A stretch of DNA of 64,000 bases, taken from NCBI GenBank assembly GCA_964458565.1, contig CAYWJO010000001.1:96001-160000 (forward strand), in the 5' to 3' direction. This document shows positions 1 to 10,675 of this stretch, one piece after another (position 1 is the first letter of the stretch; every line of letters starts with the position of its first letter). Made by a program: the position numbers and the translations under genes. The notes under the pieces were generated by a model. It was given only the letters and a program-made list of their open reading frames with translations, was not told where the DNA came from and searched no databases. Source of the DNA: an uncultured archaeon (GTDB lineage Archaea; Asgardarchaeota; Thorarchaeia; Thorarchaeales; Thorarchaeaceae).

Positions 1-151
1 GAAGCAAACGAATATGTTCGTCACCATCTGTTTTTGGGTATGCATTAGGCATCTTATCCAGAATTGCTGCCAAACGATTCCATACATCAGTCACAAATAT
101 CACTCCGGGGATTTCAAAACAGCATTATTCCTGCTTAATAACAATTGAGTA

Positions 152-1495
152 TTAGAAAATAGGACAAGTGAGAGTTATACTAAGAGGTTGAAGTTCCTCA
201 TTTACCTTAATTACAGCTTCTTCACAACTCAGTCCCTTTCCTAGAAGGATATTAGTCATAAGCATTTGAAACGGAGGTAAGAATGGTAAACCACTGGCAG
301 TGAGTATTTCTTTGTAACGTTTCTGAATTTCCGCATTATGTAGATAGGCTTCAAGTCGAGAGAGAGTTATTCCAGATTTGTGAAGCATATCAACAATCTT
401 CTCTAGAAAGACATCTTTCGGGACGTTAACTGATGAGCCGAAGTATTGCGCTTTATTCATCTCAAACCACTTCTTAAGACGATCAACTGTACACACTGGA
501 TGTAACGTGGGGTCATTATTCCCTTCTGAGAGTGATACAACTCGAACGAGACCTCGCTTTTCAGCAGAAGCTATAAAATCCTCTATTTTCGGAAAACCAA
601 CATTCTGATATTCAACGCCTTGCTCATGCAAGTCCCCTGCTATTTCTGAGAGCGATGTTGACTTATCTGCTTCCACCCGATTTTCCAGTACCTTGACTAA
701 CGAAGCGAAAGCGGTTTTCGTTGCCTCTGAGATACGTGTTGTTTCAGGAGTATGGGAATCAGGCAACCCGAGAATCGTGGAAGGAAGCTCGCCCTCCAGT
801 GTCACATATCGCTCTGATTCGGCCCATTTGACGAAGTCCATCCAACTATCAAATCCAATAACCCTTTCATTAAAATTGGGATTGAGAGATTTTATCACAT
901 GCTTGACGTGTCCAACACCAGGCTTATGACCCCCTTCAGTTACGATTCTGATTGCCTCTTGTAGTTTGACTGCAGCGATTTGTCTAGCTTCAGGACTTAG
1001 TGATTTGGCAGCACAATCCTCAGGATCTGTACAGTCTAAAGGAGAGGGTCTGAAGGAATAGATGTCGCTATACCGAGTTGCTAAATCTGAAAGCTCCGAC
1101 GAGGTAATGACCGGATTGCTGATTAACCAGAGATCGTAACCCTGTTCTTTCAAAGCTCCTGCAATAAGTTTGAAATCACCATCTCCGGTTACCATTATGT
1201 ATTCTCGGACCTCAGGAAAGTGGACAAGGTGCTCCATTATGTATGATGCCATCTTGTAATCACTAGCATTATCTCTTGAATCAGGAACATGAATCAAATC
1301 ATAACCAATTGAATAAAGGTGCTCAGCCATATTTCGGCGTGAGTCCCAATCTGCAAATGCATAAGCCTTCACTACTTCCCCAGATTCTTTAATCGCATTT
1401 GTCATAGCAGTATGAGTAGATTTTTCATCATGGACATTCTCTATGTCCCAGAAGATAGTAAGGCGTTTTTTTACTTCCTCGTCAGTCATTATCAC
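152..1495 (-). CDS. NYN (LabA/PIN-like) domain protein with C-terminal OST-HTH/LOTUS-like repeats
   Basis: N-terminal IFWDIENV ... DNASD ... VTGDGDF NYN motifs; later 'PNFNERVIGFDSWMDFVK' and 'YQNVGFPKIEDFI' resemble LOTUS repeats. Confidence 0.8.
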   Translation of the reverse strand: MIMTDEEVKKRLTIFWDIENVHDEKSTHTAMTNAIKESGEVVKAYAFADWDSRRNMAEHLYSIGYDLIHVPDSRDNASDYKMASYIMEHLVHFPEVREYIMVTGDGDFKLIAGALKEQGYDLWLISNPVITSSELSDLATRYSDIYSFRPSPLDCTDPEDCAAKSLSPEARQIAAVKLQEAIRIVTEGGHKPGVGHVKHVIKSLNPNFNERVIGFDSWMDFVKWAESERYVTLEGELPSTILGLPDSHTPETTRISEATKTAFASLVKVLENRVEADKSTSLSEIAGDLHEQGVEYQNVGFPKIEDFIASAEKRGLVRVVSLSEGNNDPTLHPVCTVDRLKKWFEMNKAQYFGSSVNVPKDVFLEKIVDMLHKSGITLSRLEAYLHNAEIQKRYKEILTASGLPFLPPFQMLMTNILLGKGLSCEEAVIKVNEELQPLSITLTCPIF

Positions 1496-1679
1496 TACAG
1501 CCTTCAGTCATATGAATGTAAAATTGTACCTATAAACTTCAGGCTTTATCGATATAATAGATAGAATATCGGAGAGCTTCGCAGAGAGTGTGACATGAGG
1601 TCGTAGACATATCTTAGTGGACTCTATTAATGACCATCTGAAAAGTCAAGATAAGAGCACATCAAATTGGCGAATATAG

Positions 1680-2381
1680 ATGGTTCAGCACATCGTACAA
1701 ACAGATTACTCGTATCTCATGGGAGAAGCGAGAAAATACCTTCTTGTAGCACTTGTGTCTATACTTACAGCATTTCCATTTCTTTTCGTTCCAATGTATG
1801 GTGTTTTCATATCTGGAGGGCTACTGCTTTTTTCGGTAAACCAGTTGGGAAAATGGTTCTCTTATGTCAAAGGTGCTTCAGGTGAGAAGAAGGTCAGTAA
1901 AGCCTTACGAAGGCTTGATGATGAGTTTTATCTCTTGGAAGATATTGTTCTCTATCCACAGTCAGGCAATATCGATCACATAGTTCTTGGTCATAACGGC
2001 ATTTTTGTTATCGAAACGAAAAACTACAGTGGAATAGTAAGGTGCTTTGGTGATACTTGGTATCACGCAAGCAATCCGAATACAATGGGAATGAGGATTG
2101 AGAGTGTAAGTCTCCAAGTTAAGAAAAATGCAATTATGCTGAACGCGTTTTTGAAAAATCATATCGTTGGTAACTTTGTTAACAGACTATTCGTTAAACC
2201 TATCATCGTGTTCACCAATGGATCCATGCAAATTTCAAAAAAGAATCCAACAGTCACAATTACCACTTCCAAGAAACTTTCTAAACTTATTATGAATCTA
2301 GATACCGGAATATATTTCTCAAATTGGGAACTTGAAAGGATGTCGCAAGTCATCAAGAGTAAATCCGTCCAAAGTATATGA
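1680..2381 (+). CDS. Membrane-anchored NERD-domain (nuclease-related) protein
   Basis: Two N-terminal TM segments, then GASGE ... NIDHIVLGHNGIFVIETKNYSG NERD motif. Confidence 0.85.
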   Translation: MVQHIVQTDYSYLMGEARKYLLVALVSILTAFPFLFVPMYGVFISGGLLLFSVNQLGKWFSYVKGASGEKKVSKALRRLDDEFYLLEDIVLYPQSGNIDHIVLGHNGIFVIETKNYSGIVRCFGDTWYHASNPNTMGMRIESVSLQVKKNAIMLNAFLKNHIVGNFVNRLFVKPIIVFTNGSMQISKKNPTVTITTSKKLSKLIMNLDTGIYFSNWELERMSQVIKSKSVQSI

Positions 2382-2462
2382 TTTATGAACCAATCTTGGT
2401 GGAAGATGCATTTCTTGCGTAGAAAAAGTGGTTTAATATCCAAAAATCAAGATAGGGGGAAC

Positions 2463-4172
2463 ATGAAGCTAGGTAAAGAGAGAGTTCAATCAAGAGCTGT
2501 ATTCATGCTTGTTTTGGTGTTATTTATACTACCTCTACTCCCAAATAATGTTCGGAATCCAGCTGGTTCTATGATTGTAAAAGAATCGAATATCCTGGTC
2601 ACGAGCCAGTTTGATGCCAATTTCACGACATATCTCGGAGGAGATGGGCAGGAAGATGCATCAAAGATAGCGTTGGATGCTGAAGGAAGTACGATATTGA
2701 TTGGGCAGACAAAATCGGACGACTTTCCCGTTACCCCTAATGCGATCCAGCCGGAATATAGTGGAAGCGGCGAGTGGGATGCATTTGTTGCTAAATTCAA
2801 TCCGGATGGAACATTGAATTTCAGTACATACCTCGGAGGAACTCAATACGAACATATTACAACAGTAACATCTGATGATGACCTTAACGTCATAGTATCT
2901 GGTGTCACATATTCAGCCGGTTTTCCTGTTACTGAGGACGCATTACATGATGCTCCGTTGGGAAGTGGTGATGGATTTATCATGAAAATGAGTCCAAATG
3001 GAACTTTAATTTATTCCACATACTTTGGTAGCACAGGAGATGAATGGATATACGGAATGGAATTTGATGTTGAGGGCAACTACATGTTCTCAGGGTATAC
3101 TACCTCGTTTGGATTGTCAACATCTGGTGTTTATCAAGAATCGATTGGAGGCGGGGAAGATGCATTCGTGGCAAAGCTTAGTGCTGATGGACAATCCATT
3201 CTCGCGTTTTCATACTTTGGAGGGATTAGTAGTGATCGAGGTTGGTGTATGACAATTGATTCTGACTATAACTTCTTGATATCAGGAAGAACGTTTTCCA
3301 GTGATTTACCACTTGCGGGAAATACCTATCAAGAGTCTTATGGGGGAGGAGATGACGCATTTCTTGCGAAGATATCGTCTGACTGCACAACGTTGAATTT
3401 CTCCACATATCTTGGAGGAGTAGCAGATGATGTCGGAGGTGGGATAGACGTTGATGGACAAGATAACGTATTTCTAACTGGTTTCACTGCAAGTGATGCT
3501 TTTCCGGTGGTAAATGCATTGCAGAATTCATATGGAGGCGGATTATTCGATGGTTATTTTGCTAAATTCAACGCGAATGGATCAGGTGAATTTGTTTCAT
3601 ATTTTGGAGGAAATAAGAGTGATAGAATCTGGGATATGAGAGTTGATCAATCAGGTAATATGGCACTAATAGGACGCACATATTCGGATGACTTGCCAAT
3701 TCAAAATGCACTGCAGCCAGAACGAGCTGGTCTAGAAGACCTGTTTGCTACAAAAATCTGCTACTGTGGTCAAATAATTCAAGTATCCACATATTTTGGG
3801 GGTACCGGTACCGATTTTGGAGAAGGGATAGCTGCAAGTCCGGACGGTCACTTTGTTGTGAGCGGGATGACATATTCGAATGATATTCCAATTACTAATA
3901 ATGCGTATCAAGCAGTTCGTTCAGGCAGTACCGATGCCATAATAGTACACAATATTTTCGATCAACCTGAAAATCCAACGACTACTTCTTCAGTACCAAC
4001 CACTACATCAAGTGAAGCCACAACTACGTCAACAGGTTCCTTAACAGTACCTTCAGAAACCACATCCTCAACGACCCCTGTCACAACAGATAATACAGTA
4101 ATTCTCGTTATCACAGTGGGTTTCGGAGTAGTTTTTATTCTGGTGATTTTTATTGTAATGAAACGCAGATAA
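2463..4172 (+). CDS. Secreted SBBP-repeat beta-propeller surface protein with Thr/Ser-rich linker and C-terminal TM anchor
   Basis: Repeated 'STYLGG..D', 'DAFVAK' units; signal-like N-terminus; TTTS linker; TM plus MKRR tail. Start moved to ATG 2463 after a purine-rich RBS. Confidence 0.85.
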   Translation: MKLGKERVQSRAVFMLVLVLFILPLLPNNVRNPAGSMIVKESNILVTSQFDANFTTYLGGDGQEDASKIALDAEGSTILIGQTKSDDFPVTPNAIQPEYSGSGEWDAFVAKFNPDGTLNFSTYLGGTQYEHITTVTSDDDLNVIVSGVTYSAGFPVTEDALHDAPLGSGDGFIMKMSPNGTLIYSTYFGSTGDEWIYGMEFDVEGNYMFSGYTTSFGLSTSGVYQESIGGGEDAFVAKLSADGQSILAFSYFGGISSDRGWCMTIDSDYNFLISGRTFSSDLPLAGNTYQESYGGGDDAFLAKISSDCTTLNFSTYLGGVADDVGGGIDVDGQDNVFLTGFTASDAFPVVNALQNSYGGGLFDGYFAKFNANGSGEFVSYFGGNKSDRIWDMRVDQSGNMALIGRTYSDDLPIQNALQPERAGLEDLFATKICYCGQIIQVSTYFGGTGTDFGEGIAASPDGHFVVSGMTYSNDIPITNNAYQAVRSGSTDAIIVHNIFDQPENPTTTSSVPTTTSSEATTTSTGSLTVPSETTSSTTPVTTDNTVILVITVGFGVVFILVIFIVMKRR

Positions 4173-4182
4173 TCTAACACGT

Positions 4183-4204
4183 GGACGGAGTGTCTTCTCC
4201 GTCC
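4183..4204 (+). terminator. GC-rich 3' hairpin GGACGGAG-N6-CTCCGTCC followed by AT/T-rich run
   Basis: Perfect 8-bp inverted repeat 10 nt after the stop codon. Confidence 0.55.
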
Positions 4205-4331
4205 TACATATAATTTTCACACGTATATTTATGCGGCTATAATGAAATCATAAACCTATCAAAATCCAATTCTTTGGTCCAAGTTGGTTTTTGTTCAATA
4301 AAGTTAAGAAGCCTATCCTATTTGTAATCAC

Positions 4332-5420
4332 ATGGATTTAGATAGCCGTCTCAGGCTCATAATGGGCGTTGGTGAAGAAGTCGTCACTCCAGAAGAATTG
4401 AGAATACTACTCGAAGAAAAGAAACATCCTATCGCATATGATGGATTTGAGCCATCTGGATTAGCACATTTACCATTTGGAGTATTTAGAGCACTTCTCT
4501 TGAAAGACTTGATCAAAGCAGGAGTTAGATTCAAGCTGTGGCTAGCAGATTGGTTCGCATGGATAAACAAGAAAATGGGTGGAGATTTAGAGAGAATTCA
4601 GAGAGTTGGAGAATACTTTGCAGAAGTCTGGAGAGCTGCTGGAGTACCAATGGAAAAAGTGGAAGTACTTCAAGCATCCGATGCGATGAATTCGATTGAA
4701 TATTGGGAACGCGTTGTTCGGATAGCCAAGGTTACATCAGTTGCACGAGCAACAAGAGCGCTAACTATCATGGGAAGAAAAGAAGGAGAGATGACAGAAG
4801 TCGCACAATACTTCTATCCAATGATGCAGGTGGCAGACATATTTCATCTCGAAGCAGATATTACACAACTTGGACTTGATCAAAGACGTGCAAACATGTT
4901 AGCAAGAGAAGTGGGTCCCAAGTTGGGATGGTGGAAACCTGTTGTGATAAGTCATCACATGCTGATGAATCTTGAAGGTGCTGCTGAACCTGAAGGTTAT
5001 GATGATGAAAAGGTTATGGACGTACAAATTGCATCTAAGATGAGCAAGAGCAGACCAGAGTCAACAATCTTTGTTCATGATTCCTTTGACGAGATAAAAG
5101 ATAAGATCAAAGGTGCATTTTGCCCACCCAAAGATGTGACTAACAATCCACTACTTGATTATGCGAAACATTTAGTCTTTAGGTCGTTTGATAGTATGAA
5201 AATAGAACGCCCGTCCAAATTTGGAGGCGATTTGGAATTTGTTTCATATAACGAACTTGAGAACACGTATAGTGAGGGAAACCTACATCCAATGGACCTA
5301 AAGAATGCAATGACCGTATACATCGACAAGATGATTGAACCTATTAGGTCACATTTTGAGAAGAAAAAAAGTGCACACAATCTATTTGAACTTGTGAAAT
5401 CATTCGAGATAACTCGATGA
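4332..5420 (+). CDS. tyrS: Tyrosine--tRNA ligase (archaeal type)
   Basis: AYDGFEPSG..H, YPMMQVADI, GLDQR and KMSKS class Ic motifs. Confidence 0.95.
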   Translation: MDLDSRLRLIMGVGEEVVTPEELRILLEEKKHPIAYDGFEPSGLAHLPFGVFRALLLKDLIKAGVRFKLWLADWFAWINKKMGGDLERIQRVGEYFAEVWRAAGVPMEKVEVLQASDAMNSIEYWERVVRIAKVTSVARATRALTIMGRKEGEMTEVAQYFYPMMQVADIFHLEADITQLGLDQRRANMLAREVGPKLGWWKPVVISHHMLMNLEGAAEPEGYDDEKVMDVQIASKMSKSRPESTIFVHDSFDEIKDKIKGAFCPPKDVTNNPLLDYAKHLVFRSFDSMKIERPSKFGGDLEFVSYNELENTYSEGNLHPMDLKNAMTVYIDKMIEPIRSHFEKKKSAHNLFELVKSFEITR

Positions 5421-5426
5421 TGGAAG

Positions 5427-5822
5427 TCATTTTGGCGGCCAGCTGATATAGTCAGTGTTAGGTTCAGTCCCTGAGAAGATGTAAATGATAACATATACAG
5501 AATGAGAGCAATCCTCACAGGTATAAGAGTTCAATCTGACACCCATACCATCCGCACCCCGAAAGCCATATTTTTTGGCAAATTTCTGGGTGTCATCTAT
5601 CTTTACCTCATCAACCCAATCCCATCTAAGAGTACCTGAGCATTTAGGACAAAGCGTTGGTTCATCAGCCCTTGGATTCAATTCGAGGTAGCATGTTCGA
5701 GTATCATTAGGTGGTAGTAATTCAGTCCCCCTCGACCTAGGTAGAAGCTCACGTTTGATGTAGTCATATGTGAATTTTTTACTCATTAGATTGCCTCTGT
5801 TCATATTTGTTGATTCTTTCAT
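5427..5822 (-). CDS. Hypothetical zinc-ribbon protein
   Basis: CPKC ... CEDC pair; fills the intergenic gap. Confidence 0.55.
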   Translation of the reverse strand: MKESTNMNRGNLMSKKFTYDYIKRELLPRSRGTELLPPNDTRTCYLELNPRADEPTLCPKCSGTLRWDWVDEVKIDDTQKFAKKYGFRGADGMGVRLNSYTCEDCSHSVYVIIYIFSGTEPNTDYISWPPK

Positions 5823-5848
5823 ATAGAGTCTTGGTCATACCATTAAAG

Positions 5849-6241
5849 TCACACGGTTGAGTTGGATAATTCGATGTGTACAATATTTAGTTCTTCAGCA
5901 TCTAATTGATGTCTATGTCGTGCAAGTAATCCTGGTATTGACGCGATTTCAGGATTCTTGAGTTCTTCATCCAATAGAAATGTGAGGATGTCCTGATGAT
6001 AGTAAGTAACTAGCATACCTGGGGGATTTTCTGATATATTTTGATCGAAATTACCAGCGGGAGTTCTAGGAACAATGAAACCATATTTTTTCAGTATATC
6101 AATGGCATAATCTTCTGGCTTATAGGTCGCCTCATCCCAGAAAACACAGGTTCCATGTTCAAACAATATCCAAGTTCTTCCCTCTTTAGCTAGAATTCTC
6201 CATGCTTCAATACGACGCAGGGTTAGCTCCTCTTTATTCAT
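5849..6241 (-). CDS. Hypothetical protein
   Basis: 130-aa ORF with protein-like composition (WILFEHGTCV). Confidence 0.6.
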   Translation of the reverse strand: MNKEELTLRRIEAWRILAKEGRTWILFEHGTCVFWDEATYKPEDYAIDILKKYGFIVPRTPAGNFDQNISENPPGMLVTYYHQDILTFLLDEELKNPEIASIPGLLARHRHQLDAEELNIVHIELSNSTV

Positions 6242-6345
6242 GGAATCAAGAAAGTAATAATTCTTGATAAAGAAATCTTAGAGAATATTGAATCCATTGG
6301 GAATACTATGAAATAGATGCTCAGCTATACATTTTGTTGTGATTA

Positions 6346-6888
6346 ATGATGGCTAAAGACCAAAGGAATACAATCCTGCTAGAGCAAGTGGAAGAATTGA
6401 CCCCACGTGTAGGATTTCTCTTCTCAATGATGCAGAAAATTAGGGAGAAACTGCTTCGCAGGATAGACGAGCTAGGTTTCGAAGAAATGCACTATAGTCC
6501 CCATGGTAGAAGGATAGAAACTATTGGTACGTCATTACTTCATATTGCAGCAGTCGAATGGTCATGGATCTTTGAAGATATCGGAGATACTCCGATGGAT
6601 TATGAGAAATGGAAACATGCATTTCCGTTGAGAGAAGATATAGATCAACTGACGGGGAAGGATAAAGATTTCTATCTCCAACGACTTTCTGAAGTGCGAA
6701 AAGAAATTTTTGATTGGTTAAAATCAATCGATGATGATACGCTTGATAGAATGGTACCCCTCGGAGATACGGATGTCAGTATTGAATGGATACTGTTCCA
6801 TCTCATAGAACACGAGGCTATGCATCTAGGACAAATTTCAATTCTTTCACGTATGTACGACATGACTAAGGTAGAGGTTCAGGAATGA
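6346..6888 (+). CDS. DinB/YfiT family protein
   Basis: TIG..LLHIAAVE and WILFHLIEHEAMHLGQI His-triad motifs. Confidence 0.9.
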   Translation: MMAKDQRNTILLEQVEELTPRVGFLFSMMQKIREKLLRRIDELGFEEMHYSPHGRRIETIGTSLLHIAAVEWSWIFEDIGDTPMDYEKWKHAFPLREDIDQLTGKDKDFYLQRLSEVRKEIFDWLKSIDDDTLDRMVPLGDTDVSIEWILFHLIEHEAMHLGQISILSRMYDMTKVEVQE

Positions 6889-6909
6889 TAAAATCGTTCT
6901 AACATTTTA

Positions 6910-7485
6910 TTATGGACCTATTTCTTTTCCAATAGACCACGCTTGACCTAGTTCATTTCCAATTGTCCAATACGTACCATCAGATCCACGCTTAGTGAAT
7001 ATTATTGGATCCATCTTTTTTGGGTCAAGAACTCCTTCGGTTAAATATCGTTCATCTGTGTATATGTGCTTAACCTCGCCAAGTACAATGACATGATCAG
7101 ATAATTCAACATAGTCGTGCACAACGCACTCAAAACAAACTGGGCATTCTGCGATCATGGGAGCTGATTTCAAGAAACCATAGAATATTTCAAAGAGCTT
7201 CGATTTATCCACATCTTTACCAGACACCAATCCACAATAATCAGTGATTGCAACTAAAGAAGTATCTGGAAGATTGATACTGAATGTATTATTTTGACGT
7301 ATCCCTTTCAAGGTATGGTGCTTCTTGTTCAATGAAGCCCCCCATATGTTTGGACTTCGATTCATTCTATTAAACCATACAATATCCATGAAATTAGGAC
7401 GACCATCAACAAGTGCACCAATCAATGCGGTGGGTTTGGGGAAAGGCGCTAGCTCTGGATTTAATTCAATCTTATTCATCTTCAA
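6910..7485 (-). CDS. Flavin reductase-like (flavoredoxin) protein
   Basis: GRPNFM, FSINLP, DYCGLVSG, APMIAECPVCFEC, H.IVLGEV motifs. Confidence 0.9.
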   Translation of the reverse strand: MKMNKIELNPELAPFPKPTALIGALVDGRPNFMDIVWFNRMNRSPNIWGASLNKKHHTLKGIRQNNTFSINLPDTSLVAITDYCGLVSGKDVDKSKLFEIFYGFLKSAPMIAECPVCFECVVHDYVELSDHVIVLGEVKHIYTDERYLTEGVLDPKKMDPIIFTKRGSDGTYWTIGNELGQAWSIGKEIGP

Positions 7486-7649
7486 TCCACCTATTTATCA
7501 TCGAAGAAACTACTTTAGAAGATACATTCGCGCAATCAGCTTCATAATGGACATAATATTTCAGCAACGTCTTTTTAGGGAGGGGAATAGTTATTCTAAA
7601 TCGTAAGGAATTACAATTATGAGTGAGTCCCTGATTTCCTCTAAATTGC

Positions 7650-9122
7650 ATGGTGATGAATATGAATGGATTCAGTATATCGAAATATCATGACACAGCA
7701 AAAATCTACGAGAAAATAGACAGACTGATGCAACTTCCTATTTACAGCATCAACAAATCTGCTATGGAGAAATATATCATTCACTTTGATACGAAATGTA
7801 GTCAATCAAATAAAATCATCACCAAAGCGAAGAAGCGAATCCCTGGAGGCGTTCAACATAATTTAGCATTTAACTATCCATTCCCCATTGTGATTGAGAA
7901 GGCAGATGGCGCATATCTCTGGGATGCTGATGGTAACCAATACATCGACTTTCTACAAGCAGGTGGACCAGTCATGCTTGGGAATAATTATGCACCCGTC
8001 CGCAATAAAGTGATAGAAGTAATCAATGAAGTAGGGCCGGTGACGGGCCTGTTCCATGAATATGAATTGAAGCTCGCTGAAGAAATCAATAGACATATGC
8101 CCTCAGTTGAAATGTTTCGAATGCTAGGAAGTGGTACGGAATCTGTAATGGCTGCAATCAGAGTAGCAAGACTTGCCACTAAAAGAAAGAAAGTAATCAA
8201 GATGGGAGGTGCGTATCACGGATGGAGTGACCAAATGGTCTATGGTCTACATATCCCAAGGACTGGGGGTTTTGAAGCTCATGGGATACCAGGAAGCTGT
8301 AGAAAACATACGCAGGAAGTCTACCCAAACAAGATTGAGGCTTTGAGAAAAAATCTCTCAAGAAACAGAATAAAAGGTGGAACCGCTGCAGTGATTGTTG
8401 AGCCAATTGGACCTGAATCAGGTACGCGACCTGTTGATGAGGATTATAATTCCCAGATAAGAGAACTCTGTGATGAGCGTGATGTGTTGCTCTTATTTGA
8501 TGAAGTGGTGTCTTTTGGTCGAATAGGATTAGCTGGAGCACAGGGTTATTTTGGAGTTAAACCGGATTTGACAATATTCGGAAAAGTCGTTGCGGGAGGA
8601 TATCCAGGAGCAGGAGGTTTGGGAGGAAGGAGAGATTTAATGGAACACCTAGCTGCAGGAATAGAAGGTGGAAAGAAGAGGGCATATGTAGGGGGTACTC
8701 TTTCTGCAAATCCAATGAGTTCTGCAGCAGGATACTACACAATTCAAGAAATAGAGAAAACAAATGCATGTGAAAAAGCTGGAAGAGCTGCAGATCTTCT
8801 AACGAAAGGGCTCAATGAATTCATAGATGAGATGAGCCTCCCATTTGCCGCTTATAATCAGGGGGCAATTTGTCATCTAGAAACCGCAGGTGCGATGTTT
8901 GTCAAACTCAATTATCTCAAGATTAGAGCTGTATTGAGAGAAATCAATGCACGCAAACATGCTATGGAGGAGATAGGAGCAGCCTACATGGCAGAGAGAA
9001 TAGTGACACTTGCAGGGTCGCGTATGTACACTAGCATGGCTGATACTGATGAAGTAATTGAGGATGCACTATCAAGATTTAGAAATGTCTTCGCAAACAT
9101 TGAACCGAAGAGTGAGCTCTAA
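7650..9122 (+). CDS. Class III PLP aminotransferase, glutamate-1-semialdehyde aminomutase-like
   Basis: GAYLWDADGNQYIDF, SGTESVMAAIRVAR, FDEV, PDLTIFGK (PLP Lys), GTLSANP. Confidence 0.85.
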   Translation: MVMNMNGFSISKYHDTAKIYEKIDRLMQLPIYSINKSAMEKYIIHFDTKCSQSNKIITKAKKRIPGGVQHNLAFNYPFPIVIEKADGAYLWDADGNQYIDFLQAGGPVMLGNNYAPVRNKVIEVINEVGPVTGLFHEYELKLAEEINRHMPSVEMFRMLGSGTESVMAAIRVARLATKRKKVIKMGGAYHGWSDQMVYGLHIPRTGGFEAHGIPGSCRKHTQEVYPNKIEALRKNLSRNRIKGGTAAVIVEPIGPESGTRPVDEDYNSQIRELCDERDVLLLFDEVVSFGRIGLAGAQGYFGVKPDLTIFGKVVAGGYPGAGGLGGRRDLMEHLAAGIEGGKKRAYVGGTLSANPMSSAAGYYTIQEIEKTNACEKAGRAADLLTKGLNEFIDEMSLPFAAYNQGAICHLETAGAMFVKLNYLKIRAVLREINARKHAMEEIGAAYMAERIVTLAGSRMYTSMADTDEVIEDALSRFRNVFANIEPKSEL

Positions 9123-9256
9123 TAGTAAGTAGGAAGAATCCTGTATGGAAAGTGTGTTGATTCTAAGTCATTCTGTTCATTTATTGATTTAGCAAATATT
9201 TACAAGAGTGTGTGAGTAATAGTTATTCGTTTTAATGAAAGATGGGTGATTGATGT

Positions 9257-10369
9257 TTGAAGGATTGTCCAAAATGTGGAAGGGCAAATAGCCCAACCCG
9301 AAAATTCTGTGTACGATGCGGAGCATCTCTTTTGAAGCCATTGGAAGAAGAGTCACCAGTTATAGAACCACAGCGTCCGACTCCGGAGGTACGGAAACCT
9401 GATTTAGGTACATCAGAACCTGTTAGTGTATCTACAGATGATAAATGGGCAAGACCAAGTGAGATTGACAAGGACCGAATAAGAACAACCCCTCAAAGGG
9501 AGATAACTGAAACCGAGAAAGCGATGCAGGCGTTTTCCAGAGCAGATCATATCACAACGACTGAAAGTAAATCAGGGATTGTAGAGGAGAGAATGCTTAG
9601 GGCAAGTGAAGTACACGAAATGTTAGAAAAGATGGCCGCAGAACCTGAACCACAAGAACCCGAACCAGAGATAGTTGAACCAATTGTAACATCACCCCCA
9701 GCTGCGGCTGAACCGTATATATCACCTGCTACCACTCCGGATTTAGTGACTGAAGAAAGACATGTACCTGTCATTGATAAACCTAAAATTATTCCAATCA
9801 TTGATGAACCTATAGCAAGTCCAATCATTGAATCCGCACCTGAACCACTCAAACAACAAGCCCCTGCAGCATCAGAATCTGTTATGCCCTCCACCTCTCC
9901 AACAATGGAACCCGTACCAGCATCACCTATTTCAAAACCAGCTGTTGTTTCTGTGGATAAATCCTCATTTGATAAGTCAGTACCAGAAGTTGATGCAATT
10001 TTATCGAAGATTAAGGAACATCTTGCAGATGAAAAAATCAAGGATTATGTGACAAGATTAACACCACTTTATGTTGAATTGAAGCTTGTGAGATCAGAGA
10101 TGGAAACCGTATTATCTCAGCTAGATGAAGAGTTGCGAAATTACCGTAACACAGCTGAAGTAAAGAGAATAACCTACGAGAATTTAGAGGAGCAGATACG
10201 TCTCGCGAAAGAATCGTATGCAGATGCTAAGAAAGAGTTTGAACGCGCTGAAAGCCGAAGAGAAAAGGAATGTTCAACCAGACAGAAACGTATCAAAGAT
10301 ATTGAAAAACGTATAGGCAGAGGGGAAGACGCAATCGAGAAACGTGTTCATGAATTGGAGAAAAGCTAG
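9257..10369 (+). CDS. Zinc-ribbon protein with Pro/Glu-rich linker and C-terminal coiled coil
   Basis: CPKC..N....KFCVRCG; low-complexity P/E/S middle; heptad-rich C-terminus. Confidence 0.75.
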   Translation: MKDCPKCGRANSPTRKFCVRCGASLLKPLEEESPVIEPQRPTPEVRKPDLGTSEPVSVSTDDKWARPSEIDKDRIRTTPQREITETEKAMQAFSRADHITTTESKSGIVEERMLRASEVHEMLEKMAAEPEPQEPEPEIVEPIVTSPPAAAEPYISPATTPDLVTEERHVPVIDKPKIIPIIDEPIASPIIESAPEPLKQQAPAASESVMPSTSPTMEPVPASPISKPAVVSVDKSSFDKSVPEVDAILSKIKEHLADEKIKDYVTRLTPLYVELKLVRSEMETVLSQLDEELRNYRNTAEVKRITYENLEEQIRLAKESYADAKKEFERAESRREKECSTRQKRIKDIEKRIGRGEDAIEKRVHELEKS

Positions 10370-10675
10370 CAAAATCAGCTGATCTAATAGATAAGATATA
10401 GATAACAAGACCAATTGAAAACTCGATCTTGTTAAATCCATTTTCAAGTCCCTCTTAATATCTTCAATCAGTAATTGTATCTCTTGCGTCGAAAATTTGA
10501 GTTATATAGAGAGATGAGATGAAACGCATCGAGGCTCACAACGATGAGTAACTAACAAAGACCAAGTCACTCTCCAAGCTTAGAAGAGTCTATGGTCTTT
10601 GGGATTCTTTCTTTAGAACAATCTTAATGCAGGGAGTGAGTATGGTCTATGAGCTTCAACAGGAGTAAGTAGAAG

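Noticed and set aside
1620-1633. 14-mer GACTCTATTAATGA also present on the - strand near 62788-62801
   Set aside because: Contains a TATA-like core and is compatible with promoter similarity or chance
10557-10600. Imperfect hairpin AAAGACCA...TGGTCTTT in an intergenic region
   Set aside because: Single AT-rich stem with no second copy or supporting context
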